A stretch of 63,993 nucleotides of DNA, counting the filler, from Dirinaria sp. TL-2023a (taxonomy: Eukaryota): NCBI GenBank assembly GCA_051941275.1. It is 44 parts of 44 records of this genome, joined end to end, with 100 filler letters (N's around TTAATTAATTAA, not from the genome) between each part and the next. Parts side by side here need not be neighbours in the genome. Positions count along the whole stretch, not along the records: positions 10,402 to 11,777 come from JAVEBF010002764.1; positions 11,878 to 13,250 come from JAVEBF010002765.1; positions 13,351 to 14,720 come from JAVEBF010002766.1; positions 14,821 to 16,188 come from JAVEBF010002767.1; positions 16,289 to 17,653 come from JAVEBF010002768.1; positions 17,754 to 19,118 come from JAVEBF010002769.1; positions 19,219 to 20,582 come from JAVEBF010002770.1; positions 20,683 to 22,046 come from JAVEBF010002771.1; 36 more parts are not named here. The stretch is one strand, 5' to 3'. Within the stretch, counting starts at the first letter, position 1. Every line of letters begins with the position of its first letter. The position numbers were made by a program, and so were the translations under genes. Under the pieces are notes generated by a model, which saw only the letters and a list, made by a program, of their open reading frames with translations, was not told the origin of the DNA and did no database searches. Below, in pieces: positions 10,742 through 22,430 of the stretch.

Positions 10742-13700
10742 ATTTTCATCGAGTTTAGCATCTCAACAGAGCGTTTGATTACTTAGAATTGTAACTGTGA
10801 GATCGTATGTATATTTTTCGAGATGTTTGTTTCTTTTGATTCTGCGAGAGCAGTATCTGATATCATCGATACGCGTCGTTTTTTTGTCTTTTTCAATAAT
10901 TAAATTATGCGTTGCTGAGACGTCATTGTCAACTCATCTGAGAAATTCGATAACAGTTATCGCGTCGACGTTTTTTTTTCTTCTCCTTCTGAGTCTAAGT
11001 ATTTGTTTTCGTCTGTTGTGTCTATGCTCTCTCGTTGACGTCTCTAGTTATTGCTGATATCATCAATCAAATCGTACTTCTTTCTTATTATCTCGCGAAG
11101 TAACGAGAGCAAAGAGTAAAATATGTAAACAACATTGCTCAGTTCAATTGTAAATGATAGCACAGATGTCGTTGCGATTGTTTGAAACTCGTACAATTGC
11201 AAAACGAGATAAAGGATTTGATGCTTTGTGTAATATCAGGATTGGTGAAGAAGATATAATCTATGCAGGTGCTATCAACTAAATACACAAAGTATGAAGA
11301 AGACAAGAAATCTATAAACTGAAACCAGATATAATATGAATGTGTAGCCGTTGGACCCTGATCGATCGGACCGACCACCACTTCGGATGCGCTAGCCCCG
11401 ATCAGGTCAAAACTCAACACCACACACAAAAACCTTGTAGAAAATGACGCGGGTAACAACAGTAAGAACCAGGCTCGTAACAATAACGAAGTCACTGCTC
11501 TCGACAAAATTAGAAATCGTCGCTGCCGTCTTTTGAGGTTAACGAGGGCTTTTATCGTTTAGTTATTTCGAATACGCAGTTAGAGTCGAAGAGTGACAAG
11601 TTCTTTCAGTCATCTCGTTACGACTGATTCATGTATAATCGAAATTTTTAGTCTTTCGTGTGCGATGTACGCGTGTATAACTCACCCTCAGCGTTTCTAA
11701 ATTTACGCACAGCATTTCGCGACTAGTACGCGATATCTCAAAACGTGTTTCTTACGATCGTGACAGAAAGACGACTGNNNNNNNNNNNNNNNNNNNNNNN
11801 NNNNNNNNNNNNNNNNNNNNNTTAATTAATTAANNNNNNNNNNNNNNNNNNNNNNNNNNNNNNNNNNNNNNNNNNNNTCCTGGTCCCTCGAACCCGTTGC
11901 AGAGAAACCAGATATAAGTCGTGAGCAGTGGGTCCTCGATATTTGCGAAAAACTCTGCACGAACCTTGACATGGGTCATACTTTTTGGAAGTCCCCAAAG
12001 ACGCTGAGGAGAAAGATAGTACCAGTGGTTCGGAGCTCTGGAGCTCGATCTGTTTGAGAAGCCCTCATTTCCAATTCTCACAATGTAGTGGACTCGTGAC
12101 ATATCAGACATTTATACTCATTTTCGCTGATTTGATCTTCACCGTGGTACATATAGACCTATATCATCAACATCACCAGCACAGCTAGGTTCATTCAACT
12201 TCGAGACTCGATGCTGCAAACGAGGCTGAAAGTCATGTGATGAGTCTAGAACATGCACGGAATTAGAAGCCGGGCTTAACTCCAACCTTTCCAATCCGGT
12301 GCATCAACTTGGCCCAAATAGATGAGCGCACCTAATGCTGGTCTTTTTCGCAGTTCTTGAATATGATCTTCAGCATGTACTGCTTGTACTACTCATGAGT
12401 CTAGCCAGTCAAATACGCGAGGCCCGTACAATCGTGTATCAGTCTCAAGGACAATGCCAAGAAGGCTTTCAATTACTGTCTCATTCGTTTATCGAATTTG
12501 TCAGACTTTGAAGTGGAAATGGTTGTGCAAAGAGTACTGTCCTTCAATGCGTCAGCGGTCTTACCTGAGCTAAAGACAGTCCTGATTCTAAGGGAGGCTC
12601 AAAATAAATACCCTGAACTCGGAAAACATTTGTTACCCTATGCTCATCGGCCTGCCAAGCCGGCGTCCTTGACATTTTCCAAAAATCTTGCTACAGAAGC
12701 TAGAACTTGAAACTTGACTACCGTCCTGCGACACCTAAAAGGCAGCTGCTGAGGCGACCTTCTTTGAGGTGCAGCAGCACCGACGCTATTTCATTCAATA
12801 GGATGGTCCTTCAATGGCTTTTGAAGAACTAATCTTAACGATAAAAGCCCCGGTCCCCTTGCGACTGCAACCAGCCCTCGAATCGCCTAAAAAGGAAATA
12901 GGACACCAAACAGTTCCCCACGACTATTGAAACTAAGCCAACACAAGCAGCTTGACTGCAATCCGACTAGTGAGGCTCTGTCTCGTGCTACTTCCGTCAA
13001 CACGATACAGATGACCAATCACGGCAAACGCAGAGGCCCACACGGAATTGTTAGCTGCAAACGGAGATAGACTGCGGCTTTGTCGACTTTCAAAGTCAAA
13101 GGAACGATAGAGGGTAATGATTTTGAAAAGTAGGTGGTGAAACGCGAGGCCGTCCGAAAGAACGGCCGGCCGCTGGGAAGGCCCAGCCGAGCCATCCACG
13201 AGGCGGTTTCGTGGCTCTGGGGATCCTCCCGAGATCTGAGACACTGACAANNNNNNNNNNNNNNNNNNNNNNNNNNNNNNNNNNNNNNNNNNNNTTAATT
13301 AATTAANNNNNNNNNNNNNNNNNNNNNNNNNNNNNNNNNNNNNNNNNNNNAAGATTGTGGTTGATGTTGCTGGAGAGCCGGTGGATGGGTAGGGATCTTT
13401 TTTTTCCCCTTTTTTTGGCTTTTTCCTTCTCTGTGGTCTCAGGTCGGCGTCCAAGTTTTATATACCTAATTTATAGCGTACATTATCTACATGTAATCTG
13501 ACACACAAAATATCCATTCCAGTACTCAGCAGCTATTATTATTCTTTCAGGACGGAAAAAATCATCTCCCCCCTTTTTCTCTTCACACACGAAAGGCTTT
13601 TCAGCAGTACCTGCAATTCTTTGCAAACTTCTGCATTACTCTCTCCACCTCCTCATCAAATTTCCCTCCAATCTCCGCTCCACCCCCACACCTCCCATTC

Positions 13701-15116
13701 AAGTCTATCCCTTACCGCATTTCTCAAAGACTTAAAAAACCAGCTATTCACTCAGCTGGCGGGGAAGGTGAAAATCTAATATCGAAGCTGGGTTCTATCC
13801 CTTGACGCAAACTGATGAACCCTGATTCCAAGGGATTTAGATCTATACGTAGTGCGGCGTGGGCTAGAATCTTTATGTGTTGATAATATGGATACATATA
13901 GTTTGCGGTTGGGGGGACGTTGGAGTTGATGTAAGATTGTCAATGTTTTTCTTGATATGGTTCTGATTCATACGCAATTTCATCGCGAGATTCATATGTA
14001 TACGATAAGCAAAGATTCCACAACCGGGGGTGTTATATCTCTGACTCGCTCCTGCAATTATTTTTCTTTTTTTTTTTTTTTTTTCGGGATTTTCCAATAC
14101 TTGCACCTCCTTCTCACCAGACATACCTGCTGCGTTGAATGCTCATGGCATTTTAACTGCTAGGAATTAGAGGTAGGTTATCATTGAAGTAAAGGCTGTG
14201 GTATAAAATCCGAAAGATAAAAACTTTTGATTCGTATGATAAGACATGGATATAACTAAACTAAAAAATCGCGCTCTTTCCCGGTCTCGATGAGGTAGCT
14301 GGTTCGAATCGTAAGAAATTTGGCCGTGCTCGCAATCTCCCGCGCTAATCGTTTCCTCCTTAGGATAATGGGTTCCTGCTTATCCTTTAGCTGCGAGGCA
14401 GAAGTCGAAAGATGCTTACTCTCGAAAGTGGAGTAGAGGTAAGATGACGCTCTTTACAATAATTTTCGGGTACAAGAATTGGGAAGCCTGTGTCAGCGAG
14501 AGTAGAAAAAAGTGTACTCTGGCCGTGAGGCAGGAGTCGAGAGTTGGTGATGATAAAGAGAGAGGAGCAGCACGAAGTTGAAGCTCTATAATGATGATTT
14601 TTATGTATATGGGATGGGATATCTGTAGAGTGTAGGGGCGAGAGCAGAATGCAGAGTTGTGTAGCTGTGAGGTCGTCTTCGGATGTCAGGGTCTGAATAT
14701 TTAAGGATGGAATTGATAAGNNNNNNNNNNNNNNNNNNNNNNNNNNNNNNNNNNNNNNNNNNNNTTAATTAATTAANNNNNNNNNNNNNNNNNNNNNNNN
14801 NNNNNNNNNNNNNNNNNNNNACTGCAAGATATAAATATACTGTGAATCGAATGAAGAGTACGTTCGACAAAAGAGCAAAAGTATGTTACAATGATCATCG
14901 AGATAACGATTTCAGAGACGAAAAACGTCATTCTGAATTACAATCTGAAGATGAACAAGATAATGCACGTCTGCTTAGTATTCAACAAAGCATGCAGAAT
15001 TATTCAATGCTTTAAATATTATAATTACGAGTACATTGTGATCGAGTGAATTATACTCAGTTCTTAGAGAAGAGTCACGTGAGACGATTGTCTGCCCGTC
15101 TATTTGAGAGGTCTTT

Positions 15117-15278
15117 TGTTTCTAGCTAGAAGATCATCTTCCACCACCATTGAGTGATCTATACAGGTTGTTTCCCCTAGATCATTGGAGCACGCATTGG
15201 TGTTAGATGTTTGGTTCTATATGATCTAGTAGCTAGAATATCGGATCCCACTTCTATTCCCTTAAAACGCTGCTAACA
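15117..15278 (-). mobile_element. Putative LTR (family E)
   Basis: On minus it reads TGTTAG...GAAACA followed by AAAGACCTCTCAAATAGA, which resembles the post-LTR leader GACCTCT at 15765 and 40633. Only one copy is visible. Confidence 0.4.
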
Positions 15279-15432
15279 TTCGTCGCAAACCTAGTTACTC
15301 AACATCAAATTGATACGATGATTATCGACGTTTCTTTGTCATCTGCAAAACGTGCAAATAGCACGACTTATTTCACAATTAATTTGATTAGCGTATCGCT
15401 TGCGAAGACGACGGATGAGTTCACGATGTTAT

Positions 15433-15764
15433 TGTTACGACCCTGATCTAACATCTAGGGTTAGTGTAAGGGTTAGAGGTTGATCAGTGAACCCTGAACT
15501 TGATCAGTACTGAGCAAGAGATCTTGGCACTGATCAATGCTCAGTTGATCAGTGTGTTCAGTATACTGAGCATACTGAGCATACTGAGCAAGAAGTCTTG
15601 ACAGCTCTGAGCAAGATGTATATAGATCTTCAGCGCGACGCTCTTTTTCAGCGGCGTGCTCAATCTTGAATTCTACTTTACTAGTTATTCTAGTTTCTAC
15701 TTCAAGCAACCCTTATCTTGTGTGATACTTGTCATATCACGTTGACACTCGTTGTTTCTTGACA
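15433..15764 (+). mobile_element. 5' LTR of a Ty3/Gypsy element (family D)
   Basis: TGTTACGACCCTG...CTTGACA with an internal TATATAG and short CATACTGAG repeats. Followed by a leader shared with 40633-40658 and then gag. Confidence 0.7.
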
Positions 15765-15852
15765 GACCTCTTCAATAGATCAAACTCTAGTCTCTTATTA
15801 GTCTAGCTCTAGACGACGTGAGTAGACTGTAGCAACTTGAAGCACTCTTAGA

Positions 15853-16188
15853 ATGTCTATCTCAGAACAACGTAACTCTGCTTCAAGCATCATCGACTCA
15901 GCAACATTTCGCATCTCAATGATCAACACGAATCGTGATCATGACGACAGAGTCAAAATCAACAAACTCGACGTCTATAAAGAAGAGCGCGAAGATCTCG
16001 ACGATTGAATCATTCAGATAAAGTTATACTTTGTGTTTCATTCAGTGACTAACAATCAGAAGACGATCTTCGCTTCTACGTTTCTTCGAGAAAAAGCTCA
16101 ATATTGAATCAAGTCTAAACTAAAAAAAAGACTCGAGAATGAAAACGATATTGACGATAATATCTTTACGTCATTCGATAACTTTAAG
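15853..16188 (+). pseudogene. Ty3/Gypsy gag N-terminus, RIP-mutated
   Basis: VKINKLDVYKEEREDLDD*IIQIKLYF...KTIFASTFLREKAQY*IKSKL matches the gag motif KPDxYxGxRxxLxxW...ASTFLRGxAxxWIKP with P->L/S, G->E and W->TGA changes. Confidence 0.85.
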
Positions 16189-17753
16189 NNNNNNNNNNNN
16201 NNNNNNNNNNNNNNNNNNNNNNNNNNNNNNNNTTAATTAATTAANNNNNNNNNNNNNNNNNNNNNNNNNNNNNNNNNNNNNNNNNNNNACTAATACCGCT
16301 CATGTGAGGTACTAGCCTACAACTCAACGACAAGCGCAGACCAAAAGAGATAGGAAGGTGTGAGATGGTAGCTGTATGATAGGTAAGAAACTGATTACTG
16401 GCCTCCCTACAACTGGGAGCCAAGCGGTAAATATAACCCCGCTCGGGCCCACGTCAATCTGACGTCATCCCTATCCGGGAGAGACGTCACCAAAATAGCG
16501 GCCATGTACCTATCTAGATATCTCTTGGCAGGCGTCAAATAGCTAGTGCCTGACACGTTAAATGGCCAAATACCGGTAGCAGAGAATCCGACATATATGT
16601 TAGAAGCAGTTAAAGTGTCAGAGCCATAGTGCTGCTCCCCTTAAGCGCCCTCCTGGAGCGCTAGGCCTTCGCCTCGTGGGCGCCAAGGCTTGGCGCCCAC
16701 TCATATATAGCTCGCTCCCCATTTTCTAGACTTCCCCCCTTAAGTGATTAATCTTGTATAGCTAGCATAGGTACTGCTACATCTACGAAATCATACCGCT
16801 TACTATTAGCCCTCACAGTTACTTATATTTCGATATAGGTGCCGACGTTAGGAGGTTATAATACCTGATGTATGTATTCTAGCTCCAACTAGGAGTCTAT
16901 GAATACCTCTTCAATCTCCTCCTCTACTACCTCTTCTGGTACCTCTTCAGAGGCTTATTTTGGGGGATTTTCGGCATCAATCAATAGAAAATCCATTGTA
17001 CGTACAACCGACGTAATCGTAGGTAAAAAATCAACATATATGTGTACCTAATTTAGGTGTGGAGCTGTTGGACCCATTTACAAATTTTTGGCGCGGATAT
17101 AACGGACTTAAGTGGCCTAACTCTAGGTGTGGCCCAACTCCGGGGGAAATGGAGTAGCGCCAAGGTTGGGGTTGCGGGCACCGGTAAAAGCTCTGCAATC
17201 CCTTGTACTTTCCTACCATATCTTGTATCCAGCTCATTATTTGATCAACCACCTTCGTTAATTGCCGCATTACTGCCTTCACAGATACCATTCCATGGTA
17301 TGTAGACTAATCTACCCAACATTTGTGCCTACCCACGACAACACGCTTCTGTTCAATTTTACTGATGGGACAATCAATCAAAGGTACGATGAAGCCTAAA
17401 CAGGCACAACATAGACTTGATCAATTCAGTCAAATGTTATTGAAGCCGAAGTATTGCGAGAACACGATTGCCATTCAGTACAATATACCTGTCTGTGCAT
17501 CAATCCAGGCAAAGGCAAAACCATTGGATAAACAATATCGATACTTGGGGGATATTAAGAGGAGTCCACTAGAGGAAGAACTATATTGGAAGGCGCGTCA
17601 AGACATAATCAAAGCATATGCCGAAAATCATCTGTCAGAAGACTCATCTAGATNNNNNNNNNNNNNNNNNNNNNNNNNNNNNNNNNNNNNNNNNNNNTTA
17701 ATTAATTAANNNNNNNNNNNNNNNNNNNNNNNNNNNNNNNNNNNNNNNNNNNN

Positions 17754-18424
17754 GCCAGAACGAACCATGGATGATGCTCACGTCCGAGATCCATGTCCAT
17801 CACAAGGACGTGACCGGTTCGAGTCCAGGAAATGTCCGATCGAACCTGAATTACCCATCCCAAACTCGCAAAACGACGGAGTTTGTTGTCTGCAACATCT
17901 TGAATCATCAGACTCCTCTCGTCAAATTCGGATGGATGGCCGTCTGCATAAGCAATTGCGCCAGAATCGGTTCGGGCATATGGGAGATCCGTAGTCTTCG
18001 TTGAGTCTTCTGTAGTCGGCAGAGCGCCCATGCCCGGAATGAGTTCTAATTTGACGCCATTGAGTCTACCCAGAGGCACAGATTCCAAATTCTTCATCAT
18101 CAATATCCTTTGCAACTCTGTCACGCCGGAACCCGAACGAGCAGCGTTGTGAGGATCGAAACTGTAAGCGGCCTCCCAAAACTGCGCTGCTGTCGGTTTT
18201 GGCCGAGCGAGTGCAACATTCTTCTTATGCGCGTCATTCTTCACTCTCCACGCAAAGAACTCCAGTCCGGTAGCATCATCCATAAAGGAATGTATACGAC
18301 GCCATTGGTCGATTTCATTATCGACGAATTTAGGATACTCGTGAAACTTGTAAGCTGCACCACTTTCTTTAGCGGCTTTATGGATTGCTTCGAAAACTTC
18401 TTCCATTGTACGAAGATGCGCCAT
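17754..18424 (-). CDS. Hypothetical protein, N-terminal part
   Basis: Uninterrupted frame from MAHLRTMEEVF to the contig end with globular composition; no family recognised. Confidence 0.6.
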
Positions 18425-19218
18425 TGGGACTTGTGATTTGAATGAATAGGAGATCAAGGGAGAGAGGAAATTAGTGATGGTGAGACAGTAAGGACAAGGC
18501 CGAGTGGAAGCTTTTATACTGTCAAGCAAAAGCTTGAAAAAAAAAAAAAAAACTCGCCGCAGAATGTTGAGCCGCTAATTAACCTACACGATGACTTATT
18601 TCTATATCAGAAAGTCGCAGTGCTAAAGTGCTTGTTACCCAACGGAAATCATTCCATATCAGGACCGCGGTAGCGAATCGGTCCTCAACCAATGCAAAAT
18701 TTTTCTGTATTAAAGACTCACGGTAATAAGTCACTAATGAATCTAAAATCACAGATTTATATTAGTGTCAGGACTATCTGCTTCCACTCACAGTTTAGTT
18801 GTCTGCGATTCCGAGATAAATCATCCAAGGATAGAAGATTCAGACCAGAGCTTCCAGTGTCCATAACCATAATAATCATTTAAAAAACTCAGAGAAGGCG
18901 CTCCAAAATAAAATAGTTTGCTCGCATGTTCGTTACAGATATCTAAAATGCTGAGACGAGTCAGACAAGCAGCAAAAGACAACCGCCTCAGCGCAACACC
19001 CTCTTGGTGCACCAATCTTATAAACATCTCCCTCGGCACCTATTTCAGAATCCTGGATCGAGGTTTGGACCATGTCCGGCTCTGCAAAAATGTAAACCGC
19101 CGCACAGACCGCACATTGNNNNNNNNNNNNNNNNNNNNNNNNNNNNNNNNNNNNNNNNNNNNTTAATTAATTAANNNNNNNNNNNNNNNNNNNNNNNNNN
19201 NNNNNNNNNNNNNNNNNN

Positions 19219-19841
19219 GAGGTGGAAATACCCCGCTGATATACGCTGCGCAATGCGATCATGTGGACATAGTCAAACTGCTGCTTGAAAGAGACGAGCT
19301 CGAGCTCAATTGCAAGAACAAAAAGGATGAAACTCCGCTGACATACGCCGCGAGTAACGGTCATGTGAGAATCGTCAAACTGCTGCTTGAAAGAGACGAT
19401 ATCGAGCTCAATTGCAAGAATGAATGTGGCGATACTCCGCTTTTATGCGCCACGTATAACGATCATGTGGAGATAGTCAGTATGCTGCTTGAAAAAGACG
19501 GGATCGAGCTCAATTGCAAGAATAAACTTGACGATACTCCGCTTTTATGCGCCACGTATAACGACCATGTGGAGATAGTCAGTATGCTGCTTGAAAAAGA
19601 CGATATCGAGCTCAATTGCAAGAATAGATTTGGTCATACTCCTTTGCATTATGCTGCCAGCACGGGATCCGCGAGTGTGGTTCAGCTGCTGCTTGAGAAC
19701 GGTGTCGATTTCGACAATGGCACGGAAAGCGGTCAGATGCTAATTCGGCAGGCCGTAAGATCCGAGTACACAGAGATCGTCAAGCTACTGCAAGATCATA
19801 ATGCCAGCAGCAGTCAATCGCGACCACCGAAAAGGCGCTGA
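19219..19841 (+). CDS. Ankyrin-repeat protein, C-terminal part (possibly an NLR-type repeat domain)
   Basis: 34-aa repeats (TPLxxA...HVxIVxLLLExDxIELNCKN) encoded by near-identical 102-bp DNA units; GAGCTCAATTGCAAGAA recurs every 102 bp. Confidence 0.92.
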
Positions 19842-20809
19842 CTTTCATGAACCTGGGTTCATTGATCGGAAGCGGCGAAGGGTCAGTCAAAACTGGGACT
19901 TCGTGAACCTGGGGCCTTAATGGGTGTAAGATGACACCTCCTCGTACAACCTGATTCAAGATCATGTAAGGACAGGATCCGCTCAGTACTGTGGTCGACC
20001 TAGCCTGGTTTTGCGGCAGGCCGCAAGACTCGGTCCTTGGATTCAGAGCACATCACACAGTTCAGGAAAGTGATCCAAAATTCATTGTTTGCACATACTT
20101 GGTGTTTGAGGGCCGGATCCTAACCTCGTCTTTTGCTACTGTCTTCGCAGAATCGGAAAATCATGTTGTGTGGTCAGGACCCTCTGGAGGCGCGCTTTGG
20201 GATCTGGGTTTTGAGAGCTGAGAGGGATTATCGCTGTGAAAGATCTTATTCGAAGCATTTTGCCTGAGGCGGAAAGGACCACGGGGATATAGGCGTCAGC
20301 TGTATTGGGTATTGGATAAGATCCTGGTGTGAGATTGTTATCTTCTTTTAGTGTTCTATGCAAAAAGGTTACCCAAACTCACACATATCTACCTTATACA
20401 AGCCTATCAGAATCCCGTTGCAAGAATCCCCGTTTCCAAATCCTTATATGGATTCAAGACCATATCCATCCATCCATCTCTATCCCACCCCACCAAAGAA
20501 TATTCTCTTAATAACGAACTACAAACCCCTGATTCATTTCATCACCCTCACAGTCTCTACAGCAAACGAAACCTCTTCAGACNNNNNNNNNNNNNNNNNN
20601 NNNNNNNNNNNNNNNNNNNNNNNNNNTTAATTAATTAANNNNNNNNNNNNNNNNNNNNNNNNNNNNNNNNNNNNNNNNNNNNATCAAAGAGGATGAAAAA
20701 CAACGTTTGACGAGAAACACGAAGGACTCAGAAACAAGAGCGCGAGACAGCATGTTGCAGAAAACGTGTGCTGCAATGCTAGTCGACAAAAAGAAAACGC
20801 AAAATGACA

Positions 20810-21599
20810 TTACGTTATCACGCTTTGAAATTTTCGCGAGAAGTTCAAAATTTGCTTCACATCGCGATCAACATAAAGTCGATAGGCATCGAATTTCCAT
20901 CGGTCTAAGATGCGGATTTCGTCATCAGAAAGACTTCGCAAATGTGTCTTCGTTGCTGTATCTCGACGAAAAAAATGATCAGAATAGTCGTCATCGATGT
21001 CGCGCATCAGTTTTTTCAAAATGACGACGATGTGTTGTCGCGAAAACGACAGTCGCGATAAATGAAAAAGCGACGTATTAGAGAGTGCAGAGTGCATCTC
21101 AAACAGATGCTTTAACGTCTTAACTGAGAAGACATCGTCGTCTGTTGCCGCAATAAAGATAACAACGTTTTGTCGTCAAGAGTCGATCTTTGAAACAGAT
21201 AAAAGAAGTTTTAGATGTGTGACTCGAAATTTAATCGAAGCTCTGATTACGTGCCATTGCGCGAAGTTCTTTGTCGTCAAATCGACTTCGAAATATATGA
21301 TTTCGTCTATGCGCAAGAAATCAGCGAAGATCAGAAAGAATGCGGCGTGTATGTTGATCTGATCTGTATTGTCTATATGCAATCTGCTAAATAATTGCTG
21401 CAGAATGTCTCTTGTGATAAACGTTCGTTTCAGAGTACTCGTTTCGTCATTGCGTCTTCTGATGTCGACAATAATGCGTTTCAGAACCGCGTTTGCAAAT
21501 ATTTTCAAGCATGTTTCGATGTATTCTAGATCGATGTGATGTGATCTGAGATCTACTAAACAGAATTCAATTGTTTTGTCTTGTATTCTGCGAGCATTT
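20810..21599 (-). pseudogene. Tyrosine recombinase of a DIRS/Ngaro-type retroelement, RIP-mutated and interrupted by a family A mini-element
   Basis: FADFLRIDE, SKIDS*, SDHFFRRDTAT and LDRWKFDAYRLYV correspond to GFLRxGE, SKTDP, GHSFRRGAAT and LGRWKSDAYxxY (R-H-R-W-Y catalytic set). Confidence 0.88.
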
Positions 21600-22046
21600 T
21601 GTCAAAGACCCAATCTTGATTAGATAGATTTCTCAATGATAAAAGTCCCGACAGCGTCAAAAAACTAACTAAATCAAGTCAAAGGACTTGATGTTTATCT
21701 TATTACTTGATTTTGTTTTCACGATCGTAACACTATTCGAGTCTCTCTCTGAGTTTCGTTTCGAAGCTCAGCGCTCAGAGTGTGATAGAAGATTCGTCTT
21801 AATGAAAACGATTAAGTAGTCGCCTCGAGTTTAGTAAGCTCTCAGTCGTAAAGCCTCGTCGAAAACTCGAAAATCCTTCAAACGTTCGAGCTGAGAATCG
21901 AACTCAGAATCTTGCGACCGTGTTGACTTGGTTTAATGTCAAAGACTCAATCTTGATTAGATAGATTTCTCAATGATAAAAGTCCCGACAGCGTCAAAAA
22001 ACTAACTAAATCAAGTCAAAGGACTTGATGTTTATCTTATTACTTG
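21600..22046 (-). mobile_element. TRIM-like non-autonomous LTR mini-element, family A
   Basis: LTR 21600-21732, 204-bp non-coding interior, second LTR from 21937 to the contig end. Confidence 0.88.
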
Positions 22047-22430
22047 NNNNNNNNNNNNNNNNNNNNNNNNNNNNNNNNNNNNNNNNNNNNTTAATTAATT
22101 AANNNNNNNNNNNNNNNNNNNNNNNNNNNNNNNNNNNNNNNNNNNNAGGAGAGCAGGGTTTACTATTAGATACGCAGGGTCAGATCATTTCCTGCTGTAT
22201 CAAAATACATCTACTTACGCATCAACTTCTGCCATGTCGGTTCGAAAGAGCTAGTCTTGGAGTCGCTGAAACTTTGTCACTAGAGGTAACATACTATAGC
22301 AGAGCTATCTTGTGTTAAGGCGAGGCTATTATGATGTCGTGGGGTAGTCGTCAATGGCGGAACAAATTCCGTCTGCGTCTACGAGTATTTATAGATCCGG
22401 ATCATCTTGACCGGATAACCTAAAGGCCAG

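Noticed and set aside
14285..14320. GGTTCGAATC as part of a tRNA gene
   Set aside because: No pairing T-stem, acceptor stem or D-arm could be built around it.
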